Part shown: positions 46,837-58,030 of the stretch, piece after piece
How the letters are laid out: every line of letters begins with the position of its first letter
Position numbering within the stretch: position 1 is the first letter of the stretch
NCBI GenBank assembly: GCA_947371015.1
Contig: CANBNK010000012.1
Coordinates: forward strand, 989 to 64,988
Length of the DNA stretch: 64,000 nt
Direction of reading: 5' to 3'
Origin: Acetobacteraceae bacterium
Lineage (GTDB): Bacteria; Pseudomonadota; Alphaproteobacteria; Acetobacterales; Acetobacteraceae
The notes under the pieces: generated by a model
What the model saw: only the letters and a program-made list of their open reading frames with translations
Databases searched by the model: none
What the model was told of the DNA's origin: nothing
Translations under genes and position numbers: made by a program

Positions 46837-48761
46837 TGTCTCCTGCCCCCCACACCCCGACGCTCGACCGGATCAAGTATCCGTCCGATATGCGTAACCT
46901 CTCGAACGACCAGCTGAAGCAGCTGGCGGACGAGTTGCGGGCGGAGACCATCGACGCGGTCAGCGCCACCGGCGGGCATCTCGGTGCCTCGCTGGGCGTG
47001 GTGGAATTGACCGTCGCGATCCATGCGGTGTTCGACACGCCCTCCGACCGGCTGATCTGGGATGTCGGCCACCAGGCCTATCCGCACAAGATCCTGACCG
47101 GGCGGCGCGACCGCATGCGGACCATCCGCCAGGGCGGCGGGCTCTCCGGCTTCACCAAGCGCAGCGAGAGCGAATACGACCCGTTCGGCGCGGCGCATTC
47201 CAGCACCAGCATCAGTGCCGGCCTCGGCATGGCCATCGGCCAGGATCTGAAGGGCGAGACCGAGCGTCACGTCATCAGCGTGATCGGCGACGGCGCGATG
47301 AGCGCGGGCATGGCCTATGAGGCCATGAACAATGCCGGCGCCGCCAAGTCCAAGCTGATCGTGGTGCTGAACGACAACGACATGTCCATTGCGCCGCCGG
47401 TTGGCGCGATGAGCAACTACCTGTCGCGCACCATTTCCAGCCGGCCCTTCCTGAACCTGCGCGACCTGATGGCGCGGCTGGCAAAACGCTTCCCGGCGCC
47501 GCTGGAGCGCGCCGCCAAGCGCGCCGACGAATACGCCCGCGGCCTGCTGACCGGCGGGACGCTGTTCGAGGAACTCGGCTTCTACTACGTCGGGCCGATC
47601 GACGGGCACGACCTGGACACCCTGCTGCCGGTGCTGCGCAACATCCGCGATACCGACCACCAGGGGCCGATCCTGGTGCATGCGGTGACGCAGAAGGGCA
47701 AGGGCTATGCCCCGGCCGAGGCCAGCGCCGACAAGTACCACGGCGTGGTCAAGTTCAACGTCGTCACCGGCGAGCAGGTCAAGGCGCCCCCGGGGCCGCC
47801 GAGCTATACCAAGGTGTTCAGCAACGCCCTGGTGGCGGAAGCTGAACTGGACGACCGCATTTGCGCGATCAATGCGGCCATGCCGTCCGGCACGGGCCTG
47901 GATGCCTTCGCCAAGAAGTTCCCGACCCGCAGCTTCGATGTGGGTATTGCCGAGCAGCACGCCGTGACCTTCGCCGCCGGCCTGGCGACCGAGGGGCTGA
48001 AGCCCTTCGTGGCGATCTATTCCACCTTCCTGCAGCGCGCCTATGACCAGGTGATGCATGACGTGGCGCTGCAGAAGCTGCCGGTACGCTTCGGCATGGA
48101 CCGCGCCGGGCTGGTCGGCGCCGATGGCGCCACCCATGCCGGCAGCTTCGATATCGCCTACCTTGGCTGCCTGCCGAACATGGTGCTGATGGCCGCCAGC
48201 GATGAGCTGGAACTGATGCACATGGTCGCCACCGCGGCGGCCTATGACGAAGGCCCGATCGGCTTCCGCTACCCGCGTGGCGAGGGGTTGGGGCTGGAAC
48301 TGCCGAAGCGCGGCAGCATCCTGGAGATCGGCCGCGGCCGCGTGGTCAAGGAAGGCACCAAGGTCGCCATCCTCAGCTACGGCACCCGGCTGGCCGAGGC
48401 GCTGAAGGCGGCGGAGACGCTTGAAGCGCGCGGCCTTTCCACCACGGTGGCCGATGCCCGCTTCGCCAAGCCGTTGGACGTGGAACTGACCGAGCGGCTG
48501 GCGCGCGAGCACCAGGTGCTGATCACCATCGAGGAAGGCTCGGTCGGTGGCTATGGCAGCTTCGTGGCGCATCACCTGGCGTGGCGCGGCCTGCTGGATG
48601 GCGGGCTGAAGTTCCGCCCGATGTGCATGCCGGATACCTATATCGACCACGAGAATCCGAAGAAGCAATACGACGAGGCGCGGCTGAACGCGCAGCATAT
48701 CGTCGAGACCGCGTTGCAGGCCCTGGGCGTGGACGCGGTGGCGCGGCCCGCGCGGGCCTGA
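46836..48761 (+). CDS. dxs: 1-deoxy-D-xylulose-5-phosphate synthase
   Basis: 641 aa. [43 protein letters not shown] and [10 protein letters not shown]. The start overlaps the ispA stop. Confidence 0.95.
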
Positions 48762-48765
48762 GCGC

Positions 48766-49503
48766 TTGGCCAAGCAACGGGTTGACCAGATGCTGGTCGA
48801 CCGAGGGCTGGCGGAGAGCCGAACCCGCGCCCAGGCGCTGATCCTGGCCGGGAAGGTGTTTTCCGGCGAGCAGCGCATGGATAAGCCCGGCACATCAGTG
48901 GCGCTGGACATTCCGCTGGAGGTGCGCGGCCAGGAGCACCCGTGGGTGTCTCGTGGTGGGGTGAAGCTGGCGCATGGGCTGGCGCATTTCGGCCTGTCGC
49001 CGGGCGGGCGGGTTTGCCTGGACGTGGGGGCTTCCACCGGCGGTTTCACCGATGTGCTGCTGCATGAGGGCGCCACCAAGGTCTATGCCGTCGATGTCGG
49101 CCATGGCCAACTGGCATGGAAGCTGCGCAATGACCCGCGCGTGGTGGTGAAGGAAAAGGTCAACGCCCGCTACCTGGACGCGGCGACGGTGCCGGAGCCG
49201 GTGGGCGCATTGGTCTGCGATGCCAGCTTCATCGGCATGCAGATGGTGCTGGATTTTCCGCTGAAGCTCTGCGCGCCCGGCGCCTGGGCGGTGGCCCTGA
49301 TCAAGCCGCAATTCGAGGTTGGGCCCGCGGTGGCCAAGGGCGGCGTGGTCCGGGATGCCAATGTGCACCGCGCGGTCTGCGAGCGGATGCGCGCCTGGTG
49401 GGCGGCGCTGCCAGGCTGGGAAGTACTGGGGATTGAGGCCAGCCCGATCCTGGGGCCAGAGGGGAACCGGGAGTTCTTGATCGCGGCGCGGAAGGCGGGT
49501 TAG
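48766..49503 (+). CDS. tlyA: TlyA-family 16S/23S rRNA (cytidine-2'-O)-methyltransferase
   Basis: S4-like N-terminus RVDQMLVDRGLAESRTRAQALI, and FtsJ-like SAM motif CLDVGASTGGFTDVLL. TTG start at 48766; an alternative ATG lies at 48790. Confidence 0.85.
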   Translation: MAKQRVDQMLVDRGLAESRTRAQALILAGKVFSGEQRMDKPGTSVALDIPLEVRGQEHPWVSRGGVKLAHGLAHFGLSPGGRVCLDVGASTGGFTDVLLHEGATKVYAVDVGHGQLAWKLRNDPRVVVKEKVNARYLDAATVPEPVGALVCDASFIGMQMVLDFPLKLCAPGAWAVALIKPQFEVGPAVAKGGVVRDANVHRAVCERMRAWWAALPGWEVLGIEASPILGPEGNREFLIAARKAG

Positions 49504-49569
49504 ACGCGGCGTCGCGGACCAGTCGCCCGGATGCCGCAAGCGCGGACCGCGAGCGACGCTCGGAGGCGG

Positions 49570-49710
49570 CTAGCGCCCGGCCTGCCGCAGTTCCTGCGCG
49601 CTGATCTCGGCCAGCAGGATCCAGACCCGGTTGGGGTCCATCCGTACTTCCGGGTCGTTCAGCAGACGATCAAGTTCGGCCAGCTTGGTCTGGAACTCTA
49701 GTTCAGTCAT
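49570..49710 (-). CDS. possible small protein (46 aa), unknown function
   Basis: ATG 49710 is preceded by GAAGGGA. The product MTELEFQTKLAELDRLLNDPEVRMDPNRVWILLAEISAQELRQAGR looks like a helical hairpin. The rest of the 294-aa track ORF is Arg/Pro/Gly junk. Confidence 0.35.
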   Translation of the reverse strand: MTELEFQTKLAELDRLLNDPEVRMDPNRVWILLAEISAQELRQAGR

Positions 49711-49817
49711 CGGGGCATCCCTTCGACCCGCGCTGCCGGGAACGGCAACGGGGGCATTCGGGGCTAAGAACGTGGCGAAATCCAGTCGGTTGCGGTGCAC
49801 CGTGGCGCCACGATCGA

Positions 49818-51026
49818 TCACATGGACGAGAGCACGGCCGGCGCCAGGGCAGCCAGCTTGGCGGCGGGGTGGGCGGGGTTGCGGAAGCGCAGTTCGCCCT
49901 CGGCCACCGCATCCGGCGGGGTGGCGCCGAGCATCTCGAATCGGGTGGTGCAGGAGACGGCGACCACGGGCTTCGCCGCCGGGGTGGTCAGGAAGCGGCG
50001 GACCACGCCTTCCAGTTCCAGGCTGTCGCGCAGGCCACGCCATTCGGCCCGCTCCAGGTCCTCGATGAACAGGGCCAGGATGCCCGGGCGCTGGCCGGAC
50101 AGTCGGGTGATGGCGGCTTCCGTGGCGCGGCGGGCGACGGCGTTGGCGATTTCGTTCTCGCGCCCGGCGCGGGCGGCCATGACGAAGACGCTGCCGGCGG
50201 TGGCGGTCACGGCCAGGTGGGCTTCCGGCCCGAAGGCGGCCCGTAGCCGGGCGGGCAGGCGGTCCGCGGCCTGGGCGCCGGCGAGCACCAGTGGGTCCAG
50301 CTTCAGCACCGCCTGGGCGCAGATGTCCTGGCGCTTTTCCTCGGACAGCAGGGTGCTGATGCGGGATTGCAGGTCGGCCGCCTGGTCGGGGCCGGCCAGG
50401 CCCTCCGGCAGCGTCACCTTCAGCAAATAGCGGCCGGGATGGGCGGCCAGCCAAGTCTGCAGTTCCGGGTTGATGGCGTCCACCAGCGCGAACCAGTCGC
50501 CGCGATGGACCTGGCGGCCTTCCTCGGCGGAGATGGTTTCGCAGACTACCTCGGCCTCGACGCCGTCGCGGCTGGCGATGAGGTCCTGCGGCAGGCCGTC
50601 CGCCAAGCCGGTGAAGCGGATGTCGAAGCCATGGGCGCGCAGGCCGGCGGCGGTGCGCAGCAGGTGGAACACCGGGATCAGCGTGGCGTCGCCGGTCAGC
50701 CCGGCGAGCAGCCGCTCCCGCAGCCGGGCACGGGGGCCGGCGGGCAGGCGGGCGGCCAGGCGCACGGCTTCCTGGGCGAAGCCGGCGATGCGGAGTTCGG
50801 CCTGGCTGGTGCGGCTGGCGCAGGTCGGGCTGGTCAGGCGGGCCAGGGTGAGTTCCAGCGCGTGGCGATGCTGGGCGGCGCGGGAGAGCAGGGAACTGTC
50901 CTGGGTGCGGGCGGCCAGGTCGTTAAGGCGCGCGCCCCAGCGGGCGGTGCCGCAGAGCTCGACAAAGCCCGCCATGCGCGGGGCAGGGGCGGGACGGGCG
51001 GATGATTCAACGGCGGCGAAGGGCAT
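49818..51026 (-). CDS. hypothetical protein (~400 aa, no domain recognised)
   Basis: Long high-GC3 ORF with balanced, non-repetitive composition. The region upstream of ATG 51026 has low GC3 and looks non-coding. An alternative start lies at 50975. Confidence 0.6.
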   Translation of the reverse strand: MPFAAVESSARPAPAPRMAGFVELCGTARWGARLNDLAARTQDSSLLSRAAQHRHALELTLARLTSPTCASRTSQAELRIAGFAQEAVRLAARLPAGPRARLRERLLAGLTGDATLIPVFHLLRTAAGLRAHGFDIRFTGLADGLPQDLIASRDGVEAEVVCETISAEEGRQVHRGDWFALVDAINPELQTWLAAHPGRYLLKVTLPEGLAGPDQAADLQSRISTLLSEEKRQDICAQAVLKLDPLVLAGAQAADRLPARLRAAFGPEAHLAVTATAGSVFVMAARAGRENEIANAVARRATEAAITRLSGQRPGILALFIEDLERAEWRGLRDSLELEGVVRRFLTTPAAKPVVAVSCTTRFEMLGATPPDAVAEGELRFRNPAHPAAKLAALAPAVLSSM

Positions 51027-51169
51027 GCGGCGGCCTGTCGGAAGCAACACCCAACCTGTACACTCGGATATTCCCCCACCACAAGCGGTCGCGTGGGGGC
51101 ATGTTGGACGAGTGACCAAATTTCGCCTGTCGGGTGGGCAAGGCGCTGCTCATGCGCCCGCGCGGGCGC

Positions 51170-52276
51170 TCAGTTGCGCGGCAGGCGTGCCGTTTGCGGG
51201 GCGTCCGGGTTCTGCGCACGGTGGCGCAGCAGGTGGTCGGCCAGCACCAAGGCGAGCATGGCTTCGCCCACCGGCACGGCACGGATGCCGACGCAGGGGT
51301 CGTGGCGGCCCTTGGTGAGGATCTCGGTCTCGGCGCCGAAGCGGTCCACCGACCGGCGGGGCGTCAGGATCGAGGAGGTCGGCTTGACCGCGAAGCGGGC
51401 GACCACCGGCTGGCCGGTGGAGATGCCGCCGAGCACGCCACCGGCGTGATTGGACAGGAAGCGGACGGTGCCGTCCGGGTTCATCCGCATCTCGTCGGCG
51501 TTGGCCTCGCCGGACAGCCCGGCACTGGCAAAACCGTCGCCGATCTCGACACCCTTGACCGCGTTGATGCTCATCAGGGCGCTGGCGATATCGGCGTCCA
51601 GCTTGCCGTAGATCGGTGCGCCGAGGCCGGGGGGCAGGCCTTCGGCCACCACCTCGATGACGGCGCCGACGGAGGAGCCGGACTTCCGCACGGCGAGGAG
51701 CTGTTCCTCCCAGCGGGCGGCGGCGGCGCGGTCCGGGCAGAAGAACTGGTTGTCCTCCAGCGCCGACCAGTCCCAGGCGGCGGGGTCGATGCGGTCGGCG
51801 CCCATTTGTACCAGCGCGCCGCGAATGCGGACCCCGGCGCCCAGCACCTTGCGGGCGATGGCCCCGCCGGCCACGCGCATGGCGGTTTCGCGCGCGCTGC
51901 TGCGCCCGCCGCCGCGATAGTCGCGGGTACCGTATTTCAGCTCATAGGCCAGGTCGGCATGGCCAGGGCGGAAGCGGTTGGCGATCTCGCCATAGTCGCG
52001 GCTGCGCTGGTCGGTGTTGTCGATGTGCAGGGCGATGGGGGTGCCCGTTGTCATCCCCTCGAACACGCCGGAGAGGATTTTTACCTGGTCGGCTTCCTGG
52101 CGCTGGGTGACGAACTTGCTGCTGCCGGGGCGGCGCAGGTCCAGCCAGGGCTGGATATCGGCCTCGGTCAGCGCGATGCGGGCGGGGCAGCCATCGATGA
52201 CGCCGCCGATGGCGGGGCCATGGCTCTCGCCCCAGGTGGTCAGGCGGAACAGGTGGCCGAAGGTGTTGTGGGACAT
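51170..52276 (-). CDS. aroC: chorismate synthase
   Basis: [42 protein letters not shown] and RHDPCV are diagnostic AroC motifs. Confidence 0.95.
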   Translation of the reverse strand: MSHNTFGHLFRLTTWGESHGPAIGGVIDGCPARIALTEADIQPWLDLRRPGSSKFVTQRQEADQVKILSGVFEGMTTGTPIALHIDNTDQRSRDYGEIANRFRPGHADLAYELKYGTRDYRGGGRSSARETAMRVAGGAIARKVLGAGVRIRGALVQMGADRIDPAAWDWSALEDNQFFCPDRAAAARWEEQLLAVRKSGSSVGAVIEVVAEGLPPGLGAPIYGKLDADIASALMSINAVKGVEIGDGFASAGLSGEANADEMRMNPDGTVRFLSNHAGGVLGGISTGQPVVARFAVKPTSSILTPRRSVDRFGAETEILTKGRHDPCVGIRAVPVGEAMLALVLADHLLRHRAQNPDAPQTARLPRN

Positions 52277-52280
52277 CAGA

Positions 52281-53117
52281 TCAGACGGTGCTGATATCCG
52301 GCACGTCGAGGCCCTTCATGCCGACGATGTGGTAGCCGCTGTCCACGTGATGCACCTCTCCGGTCACGCCGGCCGAGAGGTCGCTCAACAGGTACAGGCC
52401 GGAGCCGCCGACTTCCTCGATGCTGACGTTGCGCTTCAGCGGGCTGTTCAGCTGGTTCCACTTCAGGATGTAGCGGAAATCGCCGATGCCGCTGGCCGCC
52501 AGGGTCTTGATCGGGCCGGCGCTGATGGCGTTGACGCGGATGCCCTGGCCGCCGACATCGGCCGCCATGTAGCGCACGCTGGCTTCCAGCGCCGCCTTGG
52601 CCACGCCCATCACATTGTAATGCGGTGTGACACGTTCGGCGCCGAGATAGGTCAGCGTCAGCAGGCTGCCGCCTTTCTTCATCAACGCCGCGGCGCGCTG
52701 GCCGACGGCGGCGAAGGAATAGCAGCTGATATCCAGCGCCTGCAGGAAGACGTCGCGCGGCGTGTCCAGGTAGCGGCCGCGCAGGTATTCCTTGTTGGCG
52801 TAGCCGATGGCGTGGACGACGAAGTCCAGGGCGCCCCATTCGGCTTCCAGCGCGGCGAAGGTGGCGTCCATGCTGGCGTCGTCGGTCACGTCGCAGGGCA
52901 GCACCAGCTTGCTGCCGATGCTCTCGGCCAGCGGGCGCACGCGCTTCTCCAGCGCCTCGCCCTGGTAGCTGAAGGCCAGCTCGCCACCCTGGTTGGCAAC
53001 GGCCTGGGCGATGCCCCAGGCCAGCGAACGGTCATTCGCGACCCCCATGATGAGGCCGCGCTTGCCCTGCATCAGTGTGCCCTTCGGCAGATCTACAAGA
53101 GGCGATTCTTCGGGCAT
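52281..53117 (-). CDS. fabI: enoyl-[acyl-carrier-protein] reductase (NADH), FabI
   Basis: [20 protein letters not shown], the HAIGYA...Y...MGVAKAALE catalytic Tyr/Lys region and [14 protein letters not shown]. The start is 53117 or 53072. Confidence 0.9.
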   Translation of the reverse strand: MPEESPLVDLPKGTLMQGKRGLIMGVANDRSLAWGIAQAVANQGGELAFSYQGEALEKRVRPLAESIGSKLVLPCDVTDDASMDATFAALEAEWGALDFVVHAIGYANKEYLRGRYLDTPRDVFLQALDISCYSFAAVGQRAAALMKKGGSLLTLTYLGAERVTPHYNVMGVAKAALEASVRYMAADVGGQGIRVNAISAGPIKTLAASGIGDFRYILKWNQLNSPLKRNVSIEEVGGSGLYLLSDLSAGVTGEVHHVDSGYHIVGMKGLDVPDISTV

Positions 53118-53222
53118 GCTAGGCGTTTCCGGCTGGTTGCGGAGGCGCAGCCGTGGTGGCACACCCCCGGCCGCCGGGCAAGGGGGACGACCCCATGCAC
53201 CCGGTAGTTGGAGAGACAAGCG

Positions 53223-53804
53223 ATGTCCGCAGCCGACCCCTTCGCCCGCTTCGAGGCCTGGATGGCGGAAGCCAGCAAATCCGAGGTCAACGACCCCAAC
53301 GCGGTCTGCCTGGCGACCTCGACCCCGGATGGCCGGCCGAGCGCGCGCATGGTGCTGCTCAAGGGCATCGATCCCCGTGGCTTCGTGTTCTACACCAACT
53401 TGGAAAGCCGCAAGGGCGGCGAGCTGGCGGCCAACCCGCAGGCGGCGCTGTGCTTCCACTGGAAGACCCTGCAGCGCAGCGTCCGCGTCGAAGGCCCGGT
53501 GGAGCCGGTGAGCGACGCCGAGGCCGACGTCTATTATGAGAGCCGGCATCGGTCGTCGCGCATCGGCGCCTGGGCGTCGCAGCAGAGCCGCCGGCTGGAA
53601 GGGCGGTTCGCGCTGGAGAAGCGGGTGGCGGAGTTCACCCTGAAGTTCGGCCTGGGGACGATTCCGCGGCCGGCCTTCTGGTCCGGCTTCCGGGTGCTGC
53701 CGCAGCGGATCGAGTTCTGGCAGGACATGCCGTTCCGGCTGCATGAGCGGAATGTGTTTGTGAGGGACGGAGACGGCTGGCGCACGGAGACGCTGTACCC
53801 GTGA
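53223..53804 (+). CDS. pdxH: pyridoxamine 5'-phosphate oxidase
   Basis: [48 protein letters not shown] 53223 follows GGAGAG. Confidence 0.9.
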   Translation: MSAADPFARFEAWMAEASKSEVNDPNAVCLATSTPDGRPSARMVLLKGIDPRGFVFYTNLESRKGGELAANPQAALCFHWKTLQRSVRVEGPVEPVSDAEADVYYESRHRSSRIGAWASQQSRRLEGRFALEKRVAEFTLKFGLGTIPRPAFWSGFRVLPQRIEFWQDMPFRLHERNVFVRDGDGWRTETLYP

Positions 53805-55279
53805 GCATCCCGTTCCAGCAGGCCGAGGTCGCGGCCCTGCTGGGCCGGTTGACCGGGGCGGCGCCGATCCTGACGCATGTCTCCGCCGTCTTCGTCGGCG
53901 CCGGCGATGTGTTCAAGCTGAAGCAGGCGGTCTCGCTGGAGTTCCTCGACTTCTCGACGCTGGCGGCGCGGGAGCGGTTCATCCGGCGCGAGCATGAGCT
54001 GAACCAGGGCTTCGCGCCCGGGCTGTACCGCGGCGTGCGGCCGGTGGTGCGCGGGCCGGATGGCGCGCTACGCCTGGGTGTGGATGGCGCGGCCCCGGGT
54101 GAGGTTGTGGACTGGGTGCTGCAGATGGCGCCGGTGCCGGCCGGGGACTTCCTCGACGCGATGGCCCGGCGTGGCGCCGTGACGCCGGCATTGCTGGACG
54201 AGATCGGCGACAAGGTGGCCGCCATGCACGCCGCCTTGCCGCCGCTGCCGGGCACGGACGCCCCTGCGGCGATGCGGCGCGTGCTGACCGGCAACCTGGC
54301 CGCTGCCGAACGGGCCGGCGTGCCCGGCGCCGCGGCCTGGGCGGCGCAGGCCTTCGCCTGGCTGGATCGGCTGGCGCCGGTGCTGGCGGCCCGCGCCGCC
54401 GACGGCCGGGTGCGGCGCTGCCATGGCGACCTGCATCTGGGCAATCTGTGCCTGTGGCAGGGGGCGCCGACGCCGTTCGACGCGCTGGAGTTCGACGAGG
54501 ACCTGGCGATCATCGATACCGGCTACGACCTGGCCTTCGTGCTGGCTGACCTGGCGGTGACGCTGGGGCGCGCGGCGGCCAACCGGGTGCTGAACCGCTA
54601 TATCGCGCGCACCGGCGATACCGGGCTGGTGGCGGCCCTGCCGCTGTGGCTCAGCGCCCGCGCCTTGATCCGCGCGCATGTGCTGGCGGTGCCGGGCAAG
54701 GATCCGGGCCCTTACATGGACCAAGCCATGGCTGCGCTGGCGCCGCCGCCGCCGCCGCGCCTGGTGGCGGTGGGAGGACTGCAGGGCACCGGGAAATCCA
54801 CCCTGGCGCGGGCGATTGCGCCACTGCTGGGCGCGGCACCCGGCGCGCTGGTGCTGCGCAGCGATGAGATCCGCAAGCGCCTGGCCGGCGTGGCGCCGGA
54901 ACAGCGGCTGCCGGCCGAGAGCTACACGCCCGAGGCCAGCGCCGCCGTCCTGGCCGAGTTGGGCGCACAGGCGCGGCTGGCGCTGGCGGCCGGGCATAGC
55001 GTGGTGGCGGATGCCGCCTTCCTGCGGGCGGAGGAGCGCGCGGCGATCGCCGCCGCCGCCGCGGATTTCACCGGCCTGTGGCTGACCGCGCCGCTGGATG
55101 TGCTGCGGGCGCGGGTGGCGGCGCGGCAGGGCGATGCCTCCGACGCCAGCGTGGCGGTGCTGGAGGCGGCGGCGGCCCGCGACCCGGGGCCGCTCGACTG
55201 GACGGTGCTGGATGCGACCGGCGAGGCTTTTTTGGCGGCCAGCGGAGTGTTGCGGATTTCCGCCGAAGACTTGTGCTAG
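53801..55279 (+). CDS. bifunctional protein: aminoglycoside-phosphotransferase-like kinase domain plus P-loop (AAA_33-like) kinase domain
   Basis: Kinase catalytic motif [10 protein letters not shown] in the N-terminal half and P-loop [10 protein letters not shown] in the C-terminal half. The GTG start overlaps the pdxH stop (GTGA). Confidence 0.75.
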   Translation: MSIPFQQAEVAALLGRLTGAAPILTHVSAVFVGAGDVFKLKQAVSLEFLDFSTLAARERFIRREHELNQGFAPGLYRGVRPVVRGPDGALRLGVDGAAPGEVVDWVLQMAPVPAGDFLDAMARRGAVTPALLDEIGDKVAAMHAALPPLPGTDAPAAMRRVLTGNLAAAERAGVPGAAAWAAQAFAWLDRLAPVLAARAADGRVRRCHGDLHLGNLCLWQGAPTPFDALEFDEDLAIIDTGYDLAFVLADLAVTLGRAAANRVLNRYIARTGDTGLVAALPLWLSARALIRAHVLAVPGKDPGPYMDQAMAALAPPPPPRLVAVGGLQGTGKSTLARAIAPLLGAAPGALVLRSDEIRKRLAGVAPEQRLPAESYTPEASAAVLAELGAQARLALAAGHSVVADAAFLRAEERAAIAAAAADFTGLWLTAPLDVLRARVAARQGDASDASVAVLEAAAARDPGPLDWTVLDATGEAFLAASGVLRISAEDLC

Positions 55280-55315
55280 CGTGTTGCCACAATCGCGTAA
55301 CAAGGGAGACGCGCC

Positions 55316-56194
55316 ATGGCCTATCGTCGTCTGCTGCTGCCACTTACCGGCACCGCGGCTGGTGAAGCTGCGTTGGCAACCGGCCTCATCGTCGCCCGAA
55401 TCTGGAACGCGCACCTGCATTGCCTGCATGTGCGCGTGGATGCCCGGGACGTGGCGCCGCTGGCCGGTGAAGGGCTTTCCGGCGCCATGATCGAGGAGAT
55501 GATGGCGGCCACCGAACGGGAGAGCGGCGAGCGCGCCGGCCGCGTGCGCGGGTTGTTCGACCGGTTCATGGCGGGCTCCGGCGGCGTCACCCTGGCCAAT
55601 AGCGCCGAGACCGCGCTGAAGACCGATGGCCCGACGCTGAGCTTCGAGAGCATCGCGGGGCGTGAGGAGGACGTGGTGGCGCAGCAGTCGCGCCTCTACG
55701 ACATGGCGGTGGTGCCGCATCCCGAGGCGGATGAGGATGTCTCGTCCTCGGATGCGCTGCATGCGGTGCTGTTCGATTCGGGCCGGCCGGTGCTGATCGC
55801 GCCGCGCGTGGCGCCGCCGGTCATCGGAACGCGGATTTGCCACGCCTGGAACGGCACCGCCGAATCGGCGGCGGCGCTGGCGGCGGCGCTGCCGTGGTTC
55901 CATCGGGCCGAGGCGGTGCAGATTCTGTACGCCGATGAGTACCAGCGCCGCGGGCCGGCGGTGGAAGGCGTGCTGGCGTATCTGCGCTGGCACGAGGTGA
56001 AGGCCGAGGCCAAGCTGTTCAAGCCGGTCTCCAAGGAAGTCGGCGCCGGGCTGCTGGGCGCGGCGCGGGACTTCGGCGCGGACCTGATCACCATGGGCGC
56101 CTACAGCCATTCGCGGCTGCGCCAGCTGATCCTGGGCGGCGTGACCCGGCACGTGCTGGAGAACAGTGCGGTGCCCGTGCTGATGTGCCGGTAG
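55316..56194 (+). CDS. universal stress protein (tandem UspA domains)
   Basis: 292 aa. The C-terminal DLITMGAYSHSRLRQLILGGVTRHVLENSAVPVLMCR is the classic Usp ATP-binding tail. The N-terminal half is a second, degenerate Usp fold. Confidence 0.8.
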   Translation: MAYRRLLLPLTGTAAGEAALATGLIVARIWNAHLHCLHVRVDARDVAPLAGEGLSGAMIEEMMAATERESGERAGRVRGLFDRFMAGSGGVTLANSAETALKTDGPTLSFESIAGREEDVVAQQSRLYDMAVVPHPEADEDVSSSDALHAVLFDSGRPVLIAPRVAPPVIGTRICHAWNGTAESAAALAAALPWFHRAEAVQILYADEYQRRGPAVEGVLAYLRWHEVKAEAKLFKPVSKEVGAGLLGAARDFGADLITMGAYSHSRLRQLILGGVTRHVLENSAVPVLMCR

Positions 56195-56198
56195 GCTT

Positions 56199-56286
56199 CG
56201 GATCGGCGGAGGGCCGATAGGCCCGGAGGCGTGAATCCGCAGCCAGGCAGCGCCGGATCGTCGCAGGGCCGATAGGCCCGGAGGCG
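56199..56286. repeat. 33-bp direct repeat, two copies with a 55-bp period, each with a GGGCC-GATA-GGCCC palindrome
   Basis: CGGATCGGCGGAGGGCCGATAGGCCCGGAGGCG (56199-56231) and CGGATCGTCGCAGGGCCGATAGGCCCGGAGGCG (56254-56286), with two mismatches. Confidence 0.55.
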
Positions 56287-56402
56287 AGACTCAGCCGGCC
56301 GGCGATCATCAGCCAGGTGAATGATGGTCGTGGCGCCGGCGGTACTGCGGAACCGGCGGCAGCGCCCTATCTCTCCGCTCAACAGAGCAGGAGAGATCAG
56401 CG

Positions 56403-57113
56403 ATGATCGACGTTCGACCCTTCAACACCCTCGGCGGCGCCAACCACGGCTGGCTGAACGCCAAGCACCACTTCAGCTTCGCCGGCTACCACGACGCCAA
56501 GCGCGAGCAATGGGGCAAGCTGCGCGTCTGGAATGATGACGAGATCGCCGCCGGCACCGGCTTCGACCCGCATCCGCACCGGGACATGGAGATCGTCACC
56601 TACGTCCGGAAGGGCGCGATCACCCACAAGGACAACCTGGGCAATGAGGGCCGCACCGCCGCCGGCGACGTGCAGATCATGTCCGCCGGCAGCGGGATCG
56701 TGCATGCCGAGTACAATCTGGAAGCCGAGACCACGACGCTGTTCCAGATCTGGATCCAGACCGACCAGCGCGGCGCCAAGCCCCGCTGGGGCGCCAAGTC
56801 CTTCCCGAAGGACCAGCGCGAGGCCGGATTCGAGGTGCTGGCCGGCGGCCGGCCCGGCGATGAAGCGAAGGGCGCGCTGCCGCTCTATGCCAATGCCGCG
56901 GTGCTGGCGACCACGCTGAAGGCCGGGCAGACCCTGGTGCAGCCGATCGCGGCGGGGCGCGCCGCCTACCTGGTGCCGGCGACCGGCGCGGTGACGGTGA
57001 ACGGCGTGGCGCTGGGGACGCGCGATGGCGCCGCCATCCGCGACGACTCCGCGCTGGAGATCACCGCGCAGGAGGATGCGGAACTGGTGCTGGTGGAAGT
57101 GGCGGCGGAATAG
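56403..57113 (+). CDS. pirin-family protein (YhhW/quercetinase-like)
   Basis: HPHRDMEIVTYV and HAEYN, the cupin metal-ligand motifs of pirins. 236 aa. AGGAGAG lies upstream. Confidence 0.9.
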   Translation: MIDVRPFNTLGGANHGWLNAKHHFSFAGYHDAKREQWGKLRVWNDDEIAAGTGFDPHPHRDMEIVTYVRKGAITHKDNLGNEGRTAAGDVQIMSAGSGIVHAEYNLEAETTTLFQIWIQTDQRGAKPRWGAKSFPKDQREAGFEVLAGGRPGDEAKGALPLYANAAVLATTLKAGQTLVQPIAAGRAAYLVPATGAVTVNGVALGTRDGAAIRDDSALEITAQEDAELVLVEVAAE

Positions 57114-57148
57114 AACGCCCTTCGTCCTTCCCGACGAAGGGCGTTCTA
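57111..57148. terminator. perfect 15-bp-stem hairpin between convergent pirin and hydrolase genes (bidirectional terminator candidate)
   Basis: TAGAACGCCCTTCGT (57111-57125), an 8-nt loop, then ACGAAGGGCGTTCTA (57134-57148). The stem begins at the pirin TAG stop. Confidence 0.6.
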
Positions 57149-57178
57149 TCAGCCTTCAATCCACCGCACGAAATCCGA

Positions 57179-58030
57179 TCACGCGGGGCCAGCGTGGTCG
57201 GATAATGCGGTGAGCTGCCACAGCAGGTCTCGCAGCACGCCGATGGGGTCGCGGCCGCCGCCTTCGGCGACCAGGCTGCGATGCCCGGCGACCAGCAGCA
57301 CCTGGTGGGCACCGGGCAGCCGGGCCGACTCCACGGGCACCAGGCCGTCATTCGGCCCGGCGCCGCGCCGGCGCATCCAGCGGCTGAGCGGCTGGTAAGC
57401 GTGGTCGTGCAGGTCCTGCGAAGGGCCGAGTTGGCTGGCCACCGCGACCACCGGCACCCGCGCGACCAGGGCGGCGATGGCGGCGGCGTGCACGGCCATC
57501 CAGGCGGTGCGGGCGGTGGTGGTCAGGTCGCGCAGCGCCTCGCCATCGCCGATGCCGAGCGCGCGCAAGGTGTGGTGGGCGGCGCGGTGCAGCGCGGCCT
57601 GGGCGCAGATGGCATCCGCCACCGGGCTGCCGAAGAAGGGCGACTGGATGGCGATGAAGCCGCGGCAGCGCGCGCCGGCGCCGGGGGAGAGCAGGGCGGC
57701 CAGGGCCTCCAGACCGCCCTTGCTGTGGGCGATCAGCAGGGCAGGGCGGGGGTCCTCGACCAATACATCAGCGAGTCGGGCGGCGTTGCGGGCCACCGGC
57801 GCGGCGGTGGGCAGCGCCACCACCTGCACCGCCAGGCCAAGCCGGCGCAGCCAATCCGCCTGCGCCCCCATGTAGTCCAGCCCGACCGGGCGGAGGCGGG
57901 CCATCACCTCCCCCAGCAGGCCGTAGCAGAGCAGGATGCGGCAGCCGGACAGCGCCGCCGCCAGAGCCGGGTCGTCCGGTGGCGGCGGGGCGGCTGCGTC
58001 CGCGCTGGGCAGGGGCCTAGTCGACGGCAA
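57179..58030 (-). CDS. alpha/beta-hydrolase (lipase-like) protein
   Basis: Nucleophile-elbow-like LIAHSKGG and a later NDGLVP segment, as in lipase and PGAP1-like hydrolases. The N-terminus is Pro/Ala-rich, so the start is uncertain. Confidence 0.55.
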   Translation of the reverse strand: MPSTRPLPSADAAAPPPPDDPALAAALSGCRILLCYGLLGEVMARLRPVGLDYMGAQADWLRRLGLAVQVVALPTAAPVARNAARLADVLVEDPRPALLIAHSKGGLEALAALLSPGAGARCRGFIAIQSPFFGSPVADAICAQAALHRAAHHTLRALGIGDGEALRDLTTTARTAWMAVHAAAIAALVARVPVVAVASQLGPSQDLHDHAYQPLSRWMRRRGAGPNDGLVPVESARLPGAHQVLLVAGHRSLVAEGGGRDPIGVLRDLLWQLTALSDHAGPA

